A stretch of DNA of 55,553 nucleotides. Source: a virus. Its lineage: Duplodnaviria > Caudoviricetes. The notes beneath the pieces were generated by a model. It saw only the letters and a list, made by a program, of their open reading frames with translations, ran no database searches and was not told where the DNA came from. Both the position numbers and the translations under genes were made by a program. The stretch covers positions 1-55,553 of IMG/VR virus record IMGVR_UViG_3300045526_000237; one strand, given 5' to 3'. Positions 1 to 10,092 of the stretch are shown here, piece after piece (within the stretch, counting starts at the first letter, position 1; the number at the start of each line of letters is the position of its first letter).

Positions 1-140
1 TAGTAAGGTTTTGAATTCCCCGAATGTGTATAATTACATTCACTGATTACAAAATAATCAACAACATCTTTAAGATAATTTAATCTCAATCTAAGAATAT
101 CAAACTCATTAAAGAATAAAAAACTATCAATAACTTTCAT
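1..140 (-). CDS. GT17-like glycosyltransferase, 5' part (runs off window)
   Basis: Not in ORF track; ATG at 140 reads MKVIDSFLFFNEFDILRLRLNYLKDVVDYFVISECNYTHSG, closely similar to the 45329..46129 N-terminus; ATGA overlap with the upstream stop. Confidence 0.8.
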   Translation of the reverse strand, partial: MKVIDSFLFFNEFDILRLRLNYLKDVVDYFVISECNYTHSGNSKPY

Positions 141-1816
141 TCAAGAACCTCTTTCAAAAAGTTTTCCATTGGTGATTTCTTAAAGATTTCAAGACCTTTT
201 TCTGCTTGAGCATCAAGTTCTTCTGGTTTCTTGAGTAGTTTATAGGCAGTATCCACAAAACGATTATAAGTTGAGGTAAATACAGTATCTTCCATATAAT
301 CAGGGAAATCAGTATCAGGATTTCTTTCGCAGAGAACAGGAACTTTATTTTGAATCAGATGAGATACTCTTACCATTTCAAAAATTTGATTATCATAATT
401 ATGCAAATTAATGACTAACTTTGCTCTCTTGATGTATTCATCTCTTGCATCACCGTAGGTAGATTGAATTAATACAAAATTAATATTTGGATTATTTTCA
501 AACTGCTTCATAATGTGTTGTCTTCTTGGAGAAGGGCACATATAGGCAAGAATATCAATGTCTCTTTCTTCAGGTTTATTTCTTTCAAAATAAGAAATCT
601 CAGGAACATAACCAATCTTGCAGTGCTTAATATTTTCCACACCAGTCTTTTTAAGAATTTCTATATTTCTTGTGGAGTAATCCCATACTTCAAGACCACG
701 ATACTTACGACACCATCTTAGACACTCTGGTTGTTCTTTCATTTGTTCCAGAGAATAAACAATCGTATCCTTTGGAATATCGTGTCTCACCACATCTACG
801 GGGCAGTGATGCATTCCAAAGACAATATTTCTTCTGCCAGATGCAAAGTCATTTACACTGTTAGTTACATCATATCCCAATTTCTGTAATGAAAAAAATA
901 CTGATGCCTCAATTTCGTGAAAGACCTGTGCATGAACATCAAATCCATTATCGGGTACAATTCTGACTAGATTAAATTTATTAGTTTTAACTTGAGCATA
1001 GTTTTTGATAGGTTCTTGACTCATAGTTTTTGACGTTTCCTCTAGTATTTCAATTTTATTTGAATACACTTTTTGTGATTGTTCCTCTGTTTCTTGGTCC
1101 ATATAAAATATCTTTGGTTTCTCAGTTCCTATCCAAAGTTCAAAATTAAATCGATGATTTTCCTTTGTGTAGTGTTGATTATATGCCTGAGGATACAAAG
1201 GATTTTTAAGTTTTCTAATATGATCCGTGGATGCCCACCAGAAATTCCCTGCAAATGGATAATAATTAGAATCAAAATTAGTTCCTACCGCATCGTATCC
1301 TTCATCCAGTTTCTTTACACAGTCTTTCCATCCTTCTACACAATACTTCTGCATATGATGACGCCACTTCTTGTCTTGCCCTAACAATCCATGAACTCTA
1401 AAAAATGTATCTAAAACACCTTTACTATGAAAATAGAGCACATATGCATCATTATTTTTGGCATACTTATAAACCTCATTTAAGGTTTGCCCCTCATAGA
1501 TATTTTCCTCTTGTATTCCTCTAACATTCAGAATATTTACAAATGGATATGTTTCCATTATGTAATCAAGAATTGGTTTTTCAAAGAATACATCAATATA
1601 TTCTGCTTGTTGGTCTAGTGGGTCAAATTTACATCCCTTTTCATATTTTTTAATTTTACCTACCAAATTAGTGGGCATTGTAATACACATAAAAACTTTT
1701 GCTTCATCGGCAAGACCCGATGATTTTAAAAGTCCCATTTGTTCATCCACCCACCATACCCACATTCCAGAAGTATCTGGAATATAAAGGTGATAAAAAA
1801 CTGCTAGATTTTTCAT
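137..1816 (-). CDS. Two-domain putative glycosyltransferase (shared N-terminal domain + GT-B-like C-terminal domain)
   Basis: N-terminal YFHSKG...WR..M...F.GNFWW domain shared with 1818..3227; C-terminal KLVINLH..FEMVRV...VPVLCE resembles GT1/CgeB-type domains. Confidence 0.6.
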   Translation of the reverse strand: MKNLAVFYHLYIPDTSGMWVWWVDEQMGLLKSSGLADEAKVFMCITMPTNLVGKIKKYEKGCKFDPLDQQAEYIDVFFEKPILDYIMETYPFVNILNVRGIQEENIYEGQTLNEVYKYAKNNDAYVLYFHSKGVLDTFFRVHGLLGQDKKWRHHMQKYCVEGWKDCVKKLDEGYDAVGTNFDSNYYPFAGNFWWASTDHIRKLKNPLYPQAYNQHYTKENHRFNFELWIGTEKPKIFYMDQETEEQSQKVYSNKIEILEETSKTMSQEPIKNYAQVKTNKFNLVRIVPDNGFDVHAQVFHEIEASVFFSLQKLGYDVTNSVNDFASGRRNIVFGMHHCPVDVVRHDIPKDTIVYSLEQMKEQPECLRWCRKYRGLEVWDYSTRNIEILKKTGVENIKHCKIGYVPEISYFERNKPEERDIDILAYMCPSPRRQHIMKQFENNPNINFVLIQSTYGDARDEYIKRAKLVINLHNYDNQIFEMVRVSHLIQNKVPVLCERNPDTDFPDYMEDTVFTSTYNRFVDTAYKLLKKPEELDAQAEKGLEIFKKSPMENFLKEVLE

Positions 1817-1817
1817 A

Positions 1818-3227
1818 TTACTTCAACCTCACTGAAGAAGGGTCAATAGTTTCGGCAAATTCTTCATATATTTCCTTTAATAATTCTACATTTTTTGTAA
1901 CTACACCAAGTCCATGAGAAACAGAAAAATTAAGTTTTGGTGAATTAATCTCATTAAAGAATTGTTTTACACCAAAACCAGGACTTTCTACACAGGTATC
2001 GTGCATTAAAATAATACCATCATCGTCTAAAAATTTAGTCCAGGTGTCGTAATCATTTTTAACCTCATTATAAGAATGAAATCCATCAATATGAAGAACA
2101 TCAATTTTTTTGTCCCATATTTTAGCAATCTCATCAAAGTATCCTTTGATGAAAGTAATGTGGTCAAAACCAAGTTCTTCTTTCATTTCCATTACATATT
2201 CATAAGTGTTTCTTCTTCCGGCAAGTTCATCTCCCTCAAAACTATCAATACCATAAACTTTTCCAATTTTTGGAATACCAAATGAAAAGGTAGAATATCC
2301 ATAATCAACACCCAAATCAACCACTACTTTTGGTTGTTTTTTTCTTACAATCCACTGAGCAAAATGAATGTGCTCTCTCCAGTTAAAACAATTTTTACTT
2401 CCAACTTCTTGCATTAAATTTTGAATGCTTACCTTTTCTTTAGGTTTAATTTGATTATTATTTACATACTTTTCTCTTGGATAGTTTTCAAAATAATGAT
2501 GAGTATTTGACTGATGGAATGAATAATACTTTGTATTTTCATCACCAATCCAAACTTCAAATGCATACCTATAAGTCTTAAAACTATCCATTAAAGAAGG
2601 TATATGAACATACTCTTCTACTTTTAATGGGTCTGGAAGTCTCTTAATATAATCACATCTTGCCCACCAAAAATTACCAGAGAAGTGATTTCCAATATAT
2701 CGTTTTCCTTCTGTTGGAATATTACCGGCAAGGTCTTCTCTCTTAATCCAACTCACACCACAACAATCATAACCTTCGTCCAATTTTTCAACACAATCTT
2801 TCCATCTTTCGATGTTAAAGTATTGCATATAATGTCGCCAATCTTTAAGTGCTGATGAAATGTGAGTTCCATAAGAACTCATTCCTTTGTTATGGAAATA
2901 GAAGACATAACCATCATTCTTCAAACAATATTGATAAAGTTGGGACATTGTTTGTCCTTCATATAAGTTTTCTTCGTGAGTTCCTCTTACATCCAGAATA
3001 TTCACAAACGGAAAGTTCTCACGAATATAATTCACAACCAATTGGTCAAAAGTAAATTTCCCGCCCGTATCTCCAATATTAAAGGGAACGGTAATACACA
3101 TATAAACATTAGAGGCATCTGTAAGACCTGTCGATTTCAACAGTCCCATTTGCTCATCCACCCACCAAGTCCAAATACTTGAAAGTTCTGAAATATAAAG
3201 GTGATAAAAAACTGCTATCTTTTTCAT
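1818..3227 (-). CDS. Putative glycosyltransferase-like domain fused to class I SAM methyltransferase (Methyltransf_24-like)
   Basis: VDLGVDYGYS, GIDSF, LHIDGFHSY, ILMHD motifs in the C-terminal half. Confidence 0.7.
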   Translation of the reverse strand: MKKIAVFYHLYISELSSIWTWWVDEQMGLLKSTGLTDASNVYMCITVPFNIGDTGGKFTFDQLVVNYIRENFPFVNILDVRGTHEENLYEGQTMSQLYQYCLKNDGYVFYFHNKGMSSYGTHISSALKDWRHYMQYFNIERWKDCVEKLDEGYDCCGVSWIKREDLAGNIPTEGKRYIGNHFSGNFWWARCDYIKRLPDPLKVEEYVHIPSLMDSFKTYRYAFEVWIGDENTKYYSFHQSNTHHYFENYPREKYVNNNQIKPKEKVSIQNLMQEVGSKNCFNWREHIHFAQWIVRKKQPKVVVDLGVDYGYSTFSFGIPKIGKVYGIDSFEGDELAGRRNTYEYVMEMKEELGFDHITFIKGYFDEIAKIWDKKIDVLHIDGFHSYNEVKNDYDTWTKFLDDDGIILMHDTCVESPGFGVKQFFNEINSPKLNFSVSHGLGVVTKNVELLKEIYEEFAETIDPSSVRLK

Positions 3228-3919
3228 ACAACAATGTGATTCTTAACGTGTCCTACAATTATACCTGGGTCTATATAAACCTTATGTCCCTGTTCTGCAA
3301 CTCGTTCGCAGAAATATAAATCTTCTCCTAATGGAAGTTCATAAGTTACTCCATCAACTTCTTGAACAACCTTTCCAAGACCAAACCAGGGTCTTTTAAG
3401 TGATTCAAATACACCAGACTTAATGCACATAAATCCCATACCAACACCATAAACTTCTATTGGTTCTCCAAGTTGTTGAAGAAGTTGAAGTTCTTCTCTG
3501 GTTGTTGGACGATAATCATTTTTGTTTCGGTGTATCATTGCATCCATTCCTTGTGCTTCAAAATAAACTCCAGAAATGACTTCCTTATCACTTGCATATA
3601 ATCTCAAAAATTGCTCTGGAGTCCAGGCAATGTCACTATCAATACAAAAGATTTTATCATAAGTGTATTGACCTTTTCCTGGTGAAGAATTAAAGACTTC
3701 TAGATTTCTGGAACCGGTAATTGTTGCTTCTCTTGCATTTGTAATAATAGAAGCATACTCATTTTGAAATAACCAGGAAATATTGTTTGCCTGAAGAGTA
3801 TGAATGGTTGCCATTAAACACTTTACATAATCGGCACACATCGAACTTCCGGGTGTTGTAATGACGACATTGAAGTGTGGTTTTTGAGGTTGTTGTGTTG
3901 CGTTTGAATAATTTAACAT
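3224..3919 (-). CDS. GT-A fold glycosyltransferase
   Basis: CIDSDI (DxD), SGVY, GMGFMCIKSGVFE, GED..FC, GHVK; likely start MLNYS at 3919 just after the upstream stop. Confidence 0.7.
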   Translation of the reverse strand: MLNYSNATQQPQKPHFNVVITTPGSSMCADYVKCLMATIHTLQANNISWLFQNEYASIITNAREATITGSRNLEVFNSSPGKGQYTYDKIFCIDSDIAWTPEQFLRLYASDKEVISGVYFEAQGMDAMIHRNKNDYRPTTREELQLLQQLGEPIEVYGVGMGFMCIKSGVFESLKRPWFGLGKVVQEVDGVTYELPLGEDLYFCERVAEQGHKVYIDPGIIVGHVKNHIVV

Positions 3920-3924
3920 AAGAT

Positions 3925-4647
3925 TTAAATCGTAATCATTTTCTGGTGTCCTACACGAACTCTTGGATTTACCCAAATATCAAACCCGTGTTTCCTAAAG
4001 TCCTCACACATAGAAATGTCTTCGGAACAGACATCCTCAAGAATTGTTCCGTCTGGTTTCTTGAGTTGAATGACTCTTGGAACAAACCAAGGATAAGGAA
4101 TCTTCTCATAAACTCCTTTCTTAATCAACATCCAACCAAAACCACAATAATCAACTTTAAAAGGTTCTGACCTTCGGGACATATCTTCAATGGTCTCATA
4201 CTTATTTGAACCCTTTTCATAAAGTTCTTGTTGATTCATCTTTTCTACAACGGTGGTTTGATTGGAAAGAGCACCACCATTTGATTGAACGTACCATCCA
4301 GAGGCAATATCCTTATTCATTTTAAGAAGTTCCAAAAGGTCTTCTGTTTTAAAAATAATATCACTATCAATCCACATAATATAATCATAAGGAACCTGCC
4401 CTCTAAAAGGAGTCAGCATCGTTCCCGCATAATTATCTGCCTGTAGACAATCAGTTCGTGCATGATTGACCATCGAACTGTATTGTTGAGAGATATAAAA
4501 GTTAATTCCTTGTTGGTTGAGGTCAAAGAGTAACCTCACAAACTGCGTCATAAATGTTCCGGAATACATCAATCCCGGAAGACAAAACGCAATTGTTTTT
4601 CCTTTAAGACTTGTACTTGTTGTTTGATTTGTATAATTCAGAGGCAT
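3925..4647 (-). CDS. GT-A fold glycosyltransferase (paralog of 3224..3919)
   Basis: WIDSDI, SGWY, GFGWMLIKKGVYE, SEDISMC, VGHQK. Confidence 0.7.
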   Translation of the reverse strand: MPLNYTNQTTSTSLKGKTIAFCLPGLMYSGTFMTQFVRLLFDLNQQGINFYISQQYSSMVNHARTDCLQADNYAGTMLTPFRGQVPYDYIMWIDSDIIFKTEDLLELLKMNKDIASGWYVQSNGGALSNQTTVVEKMNQQELYEKGSNKYETIEDMSRRSEPFKVDYCGFGWMLIKKGVYEKIPYPWFVPRVIQLKKPDGTILEDVCSEDISMCEDFRKHGFDIWVNPRVRVGHQKMITI

Positions 4648-4692
4648 AAAACGAAGTCACATTTAACTCATTCTATCATATGTAGTGAAGTT

Positions 4693-7600
4693 TTACCACC
4701 AAGTAATTCTTACATATCCAGAACCACCATCACCACCAGTACCAAATGTATTTTGTTCTATTGCATAACCACCTCCACCACCTCCACCACCACGAGTTCC
4801 AGCACCTCCGTGCCCTGCTACTGATGCTGTGGTGGGTTCTGCTACTAATAACGTAGTAGCAAGAGAAACTACAAATAAATTATTAGAATTAATAGTAGAA
4901 ACAAAACTACCTACACTTACTGTGCTAGTTCTTAAAATCCACGTAATTGCATCTGTTGAAGTTCTTAATGTTGCACTATCACCGACAAGAACATAATTGT
5001 TATTCATATAAGAAAGACCATTTAGATTGCTAGTGGTTCCAGAAGTTCTCAAAGTCCAATTAATATTATCTGTAGAACTAACTATTACTCCAGAGTTGCC
5101 GACAGATACATAAACATTTCCAAAAACTGAGTCATTAAGATTGACAGTAGTTCCAGAAGTTCTCAAAGTCCAATTAATAGTATCTGTAGAGACACTTAAA
5201 ACTCCACTATGACCAGAAATTAAATAAACATTACCATCATAAGTCAAAGAATTTAACTGAACCGTAGTTCCGGAAGTTCTTAATCGCCAAATTATAGAAT
5301 CTGTAGAAGTTGTTATGAGAGAATTTCCACTAACATTTCCTCCACAAGATATAAAGTTATTACTTATGAAAGATATGTCAAGTAAAGACGTACTCGATAC
5401 ACCACTAGTTCTGATTTGCCAGGTAATTGAATCTGTTGATGATGCAATTATACCTACATTAGTACCTATAAAACTACCACCAATTACATACACAGAATTT
5501 CCATACGAGGAAGAGAAAAGCGTACCAGTCAAACCTGAAGTTCTCAAAATCCAAGTAATTGTATCTGTTGAGGTTGATACTGTTCCGGAATTTCCAACAG
5601 TCAAATAAATGTTATTTAAATAATTAATTCTATTAATAGTAGTACCACCAAGCGTTCTTGCATACCAACTATTCAACCCGGTGCTCAAAGCACCTCCACC
5701 ACCTCCACCAGAACCATAAGACCCGGTAAGAGTTCCATCAATACCATCTGCGCCACTTCCTCCGGTATTACTTCCACCATTAGTATAGGTATTTCCATAA
5801 TAATAAGTAGTTGCACTTCCTCCAGAGAATGAACCAAATGCTCCTGCTCCACCACCAGTCACTTGTTGTGAATTTGCCTGTGTGGAGTTGTTTGATGGTG
5901 CTGGTGTTGTTAGACCAGTACCACCAGCAAGACCAGCAGTTGTGTATAGAGGATTTAAAAGAACTGATGCTGCTCCACCAGCAGTTCCTGCTATAGTTGA
6001 TGTATCGCTTGCTCCTGCACCATTTGCCGAAGTTAATGTATAAGTCGCAGTACCCGTTGGAGTGTTTCCAGTCCAAGTAACCGTTGAAGAACCTCCATTA
6101 CCACCACCACCAGAACTTACACCACCAGCAACGAACAAGGTTCCATATGTGAGTGCGTTAATGTTTTGTGCCTTAAACAGTGAGGTTCTTTGAGTCCAGG
6201 TGATTGTGTCTGTGGATGTTGAAAGAACTCCACCAGCACCTGCTGCTATGTAGAGGTTGTTTGTATATGAGAGAGCATTTAGTTGCTGTGTGGTTCCTGA
6301 AGTTCTTAAAGTCCAAATGATTGAGTCTGTTGAGACACTAAAGTATCCAGATATACCAAAATAAAAATAATAGTTATTCGCAAACCTTACATTAGTGGTA
6401 CTACCAAAACCACTAAATCCATAAGTCCTCAAACTCCAAATTATAGTATCAGTTGAAGATAACAAATTGGGAGGAGCAGTATTGTTAGATGCAATAAGAT
6501 AGTATCCATTGCCATAAGTAGAAGAACCAATAATAAGTGTAGGAAAACCTGTTGTTCTTAATTGCCATACAATCGAATTTGTCGAAGAAAAAATCTGAGT
6601 GGCATTATTACTGCTACCTGCAACAAAATACCCATTCCCATAAGTAATAGTATTAATAGAAGAGGTTCCAACGGGCGCAGTTCTTAATTCCCAATTGTTA
6701 CCATCAGTCGAAGAACTTAACCTTGCATTTGTACCACCAATAATATAAAATCCTCCACCATAATTTGAAGTTAAAATAGAAGATGTCGAAAACTTTGAAT
6801 CTTTTAAAGTCCAATCAACTCCATTAGGAGAAGTGCTCAATACCCCACTATTACCACCTGCAACATAGAGTCCCCCACCATAAATCAAGGTATTGAGAAA
6901 ATTAGTACCAAAATTACTATTCCGGGTCTCCCATACAATTCCATCAGTACTGGTGCTCATTCCACGATTGTTTCCACCATGACCACCGGCACCAATGGTT
7001 ACAGACATTGTAGAAGCATTTCCAAGTTCTCCTTTACGGATTAACCAAGAATTATAAGCACCAGAACCACCTCCACCACCAGAACCTTGTGATGTAACTG
7101 GTCTTCCTGATGCTCCACCACCACCAGCACCGATTGCTTCAATATAAAACTGTGTTGCTGTGGGTGGAATGTAGAAGGTTCCAGAACTTGTAAATTCCTG
7201 AGAACCTTTGTATGATGCTGGGTCTTGTAGTGTGGTTGTTGAAGAGTTTAGTGGTTCCCAGATTTGTTGAGATAATCCAGAAGAAACGGCAATATTTCCA
7301 CTTAGCCCAGAAATTAAAAAAGTATTGTTTGCATGTGTAGCTGCTTGAATATCAACGCCACTAAAATTAGAAGTTCTCAAGGTCCATATAATACTATCTG
7401 TTGAAATGCTTAATTTTCCATTTTGTCCTCCTGCAACATAAACACCATTTGCATAAGATAAACCGAAAACAATTTCACTAAAACCAGAAGTTCTTGTAGT
7501 CCAAACAATAGTATTTGTTGAAGTAATAATGCTATTGGAAGACCCTCCACCAGAAACATAAACAGTTCCATAAGTAAAAGCACTTCTTTGTGATTCGATT

Positions 7601-8277
7601 CCAGAAGTTCTTGAAGTCCAAAATATAGCGTTTGTTGATATACTTAATGTTCCAACAGAACCACCTATAATCCAAGTATTATTAAAAAAACCAGATGAAA
7701 GAATTCCGTTAGTACCAAGACTAGAAGTTCTTAAAGTCCATACAATAGAGTTTGTGGATGTAGATAATGCTGCATTTGCAGTAGTACCCGCCAAATAAAT
7801 ACCATTACTATAATTTAATGTACCGAGTATATTTCCACTAAAATTAGAAGTTCTTGCAATCCAAACGATTGCATCTGTAGAACTGAATAGTTGACCAAAT
7901 TGTGTTCCAATAACATAACCATCATTTCCATAAGTTATTTCACTTATAGTTGAACCAGTTCCAGAAGTTCTTAAAGTCCAAGTGATTGTGTCTGTTGAAG
8001 TGATTAATCTTCCAGAAGTGCCACCGGCAACATAAAGATTATTTCCAAAAGTAAAACCATAAATTGCATTAGTACCAAAACCAGAAGTTCTCAACACCCA
8101 ATAAGCAGCACCTGGATAAACTGCCAGAAACTTGCCTGCGTTTCCAGTTTGAGACGTAACATTTATTGAATTTGGAAAAGAAGCAACCTTATTTTCTATA
8201 TACTCTTTATAAACAGCATCAGTTGCATTTGTTGCGGTACTTACACCAGTAACTTTATCAGTATCTAATGTTGCCAT
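4693..8277 (-). CDS. Gly-rich virion/adhesin protein with three blocks of Asp-box-like (STDxxxWTLRTS) propeller repeats
   Basis: ~40-aa repeats; GAGGGG scaffold; C-terminal GYVRITWW. Confidence 0.65.
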   Translation of the reverse strand: MATLDTDKVTGVSTATNATDAVYKEYIENKVASFPNSINVTSQTGNAGKFLAVYPGAAYWVLRTSGFGTNAIYGFTFGNNLYVAGGTSGRLITSTDTITWTLRTSGTGSTISEITYGNDGYVIGTQFGQLFSSTDAIVWIARTSNFSGNILGTLNYSNGIYLAGTTANAALSTSTNSIVWTLRTSSLGTNGILSSGFFNNTWIIGGSVGTLSISTNAIFWTSRTSGIESQRSAFTYGTVYVSGGGSSNSIITSTNTIVWTTRTSGFSEIVFGLSYANGVYVAGGQNGKLSISTDSIIWTLRTSNFSGVDIQAATHANNTFLISGLSGNIAVSSGLSQQIWEPLNSSTTTLQDPASYKGSQEFTSSGTFYIPPTATQFYIEAIGAGGGGASGRPVTSQGSGGGGGSGAYNSWLIRKGELGNASTMSVTIGAGGHGGNNRGMSTSTDGIVWETRNSNFGTNFLNTLIYGGGLYVAGGNSGVLSTSPNGVDWTLKDSKFSTSSILTSNYGGGFYIIGGTNARLSSSTDGNNWELRTAPVGTSSINTITYGNGYFVAGSSNNATQIFSSTNSIVWQLRTTGFPTLIIGSSTYGNGYYLIASNNTAPPNLLSSTDTIIWSLRTYGFSGFGSTTNVRFANNYYFYFGISGYFSVSTDSIIWTLRTSGTTQQLNALSYTNNLYIAAGAGGVLSTSTDTITWTQRTSLFKAQNINALTYGTLFVAGGVSSGGGGNGGSSTVTWTGNTPTGTATYTLTSANGAGASDTSTIAGTAGGAASVLLNPLYTTAGLAGGTGLTTPAPSNNSTQANSQQVTGGGAGAFGSFSGGSATTYYYGNTYTNGGSNTGGSGADGIDGTLTGSYGSGGGGGGALSTGLNSWYARTLGGTTINRINYLNNIYLTVGNSGTVSTSTDTITWILRTSGLTGTLFSSSYGNSVYVIGGSFIGTNVGIIASSTDSITWQIRTSGVSSTSLLDISFISNNFISCGGNVSGNSLITTSTDSIIWRLRTSGTTVQLNSLTYDGNVYLISGHSGVLSVSTDTINWTLRTSGTTVNLNDSVFGNVYVSVGNSGVIVSSTDNINWTLRTSGTTSNLNGLSYMNNNYVLVGDSATLRTSTDAITWILRTSTVSVGSFVSTINSNNLFVVSLATTLLVAEPTTASVAGHGGAGTRGGGGGGGGYAIEQNTFGTGGDGGSGYVRITWW

Positions 8278-8305
8278 TTACTTATACTCCCCTTCAAGGT
8301 ATTTA

Positions 8306-10081
8306 TCACCACCAACTGATTTTGACATAACCATCACCACCATTACCACCAGCACCAAAAGTAGAACCAATAGAAGCACCACCACCTCCACCACCTCCAC
8401 GAGAACCATTACCACCTGTTGCGGCAATCGAAACACTTGCACCTCCACCACCTCCACCATAACCATAAGGAAGTCCAGAGATTGCTACTGCATTAGTTCC
8501 ATTTGTTCCTGTAGAGTCTCCACCTGATGCTGATGTTGAGATTCCATAAACATTAATTGCACCACCAGAACCACCAGAACTTTCAGTAGAACCAGCACCA
8601 CTTCCACCACCCGTTGGTTGGAATTGATTGGTTTGTGTGAATGCAGTAAATCCAGAACCGATTGGAGATGGTGATGCTCCAGTAAGTCCTGCAGTGGTGT
8701 AAAAAGAACTTGATTGACTTGTAAGTTGTGCTGCTCCTGCTGCTGTTCCAGAACCACCAGAAGCAGTAAGAGTATAAGTTCCTCCAGGACCAGTCCAGGA
8801 TATTGTTGTTCCTGCTCCTACTGAACCATTAAATCCATCAGTCGTTGCTCCTGCTCCACCAACACCAGGATTAACTGTGAGGTTTGAGGATACAATTGCT
8901 TTAGGAATATACCAGGAAGTATAAGAACCTGCACCTCCTCCTTGTCCTGATGCTTGTGAATATGAAGTTGCTAATGCTCCAAAATTACCAGAAGCAACAT
9001 AAGTATTGTTTGCAAATGTAAGTGCATTAAACCTAGATGAAGTTGTAGAAGTTCTTAAAGTCCATATGATTGTATCTGTTGAAATAATCAATACTCCTGA
9101 ATCACCTGCAACAATATAAGTATTGTTATCATAAATGAGAGCATTTAGTTGTACTGTAGTTCCCGAAGTTCTCAAAGTCCAAGTAATTGCATCTGTTGAA
9201 GTATTTAAAACTCCATTGCTACTAGCAGAGACAAAAATATTATTTTCAAAAATAAGAGCATAAGTAAATCCAGAATTAATACCCGAAGTTCTTGCCGTCC
9301 AGATAATCGTATCTGTTGATGTTCTTACTCTTGCAACACTACCAGCAGTAACATAAAAGTTGTTTCCAAAAGCAAGTCCCAAAATACTATCAGAAATACC
9401 ATGAGTTCTTAAAGTCCAAATAATTGCATTTGTTGAAGTATTTAATCTTCCATCAGAACCACCTGCAATATAAATGCCATTTATATATTTAAGAACAGCA
9501 ACAGATGCAGCAGTAAAACCAACGGTTCTTAAAGTCCAAGTAATTGTATCTGTTGAGGTAAGTAACACATCTGAGTTGCCACCAACGACATAAAGATTAT
9601 TACCAAAAGTCAGACAAGTTAAAAATTCGGCAGTTTGTCCAGAGGTTCTCAATGTCCAAGCAATTGCATCTGTTGAAGTGTTTATTGCGCCATTACTAGC
9701 AGAAGCAACATAAAGATTGTTTCCAAAAGTAAGAGCACTAAATTGTGATGTACTACCAATAGTCCTCAAAGTCCAAGTAACTCCTGCCTGTGCTGTTGTT
9801 TGCCCTGCACTTCCACCACCACCAGCACCAACTGCTTCAATATACAAAAGATTGGAATAACTTGGAACATTAAAAGTACTAATTCCAGGTGTTGTGAATT
9901 CTTGCGAGTTTGATAAGTCTGCAAAAGAAAGATTAATTCCATCAGTTGTAGTAAGAAACTTACCAGTCGGAAAAGTAACTCCGGTGCTTATGGCATCATC
10001 CACAAACTTACGATTTACAACATCAGTAGAATTAGTTGAAGTTGTAATACCTGAAATAAAATTAGAACCTAATGTTGTCAT
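8306..10081 (-). CDS. Gly-rich virion/adhesin protein with one propeller-repeat block
   Basis: Paralog of flanking genes; ends GYVKISWW. Confidence 0.65.
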   Translation of the reverse strand: MTTLGSNFISGITTSTNSTDVVNRKFVDDAISTGVTFPTGKFLTTTDGINLSFADLSNSQEFTTPGISTFNVPSYSNLLYIEAVGAGGGGSAGQTTAQAGVTWTLRTIGSTSQFSALTFGNNLYVASASNGAINTSTDAIAWTLRTSGQTAEFLTCLTFGNNLYVVGGNSDVLLTSTDTITWTLRTVGFTAASVAVLKYINGIYIAGGSDGRLNTSTNAIIWTLRTHGISDSILGLAFGNNFYVTAGSVARVRTSTDTIIWTARTSGINSGFTYALIFENNIFVSASSNGVLNTSTDAITWTLRTSGTTVQLNALIYDNNTYIVAGDSGVLIISTDTIIWTLRTSTTSSRFNALTFANNTYVASGNFGALATSYSQASGQGGGAGSYTSWYIPKAIVSSNLTVNPGVGGAGATTDGFNGSVGAGTTISWTGPGGTYTLTASGGSGTAAGAAQLTSQSSSFYTTAGLTGASPSPIGSGFTAFTQTNQFQPTGGGSGAGSTESSGGSGGAINVYGISTSASGGDSTGTNGTNAVAISGLPYGYGGGGGGASVSIAATGGNGSRGGGGGGGASIGSTFGAGGNGGDGYVKISWW

Positions 10082-10092
10082 TTCTTATCTCC

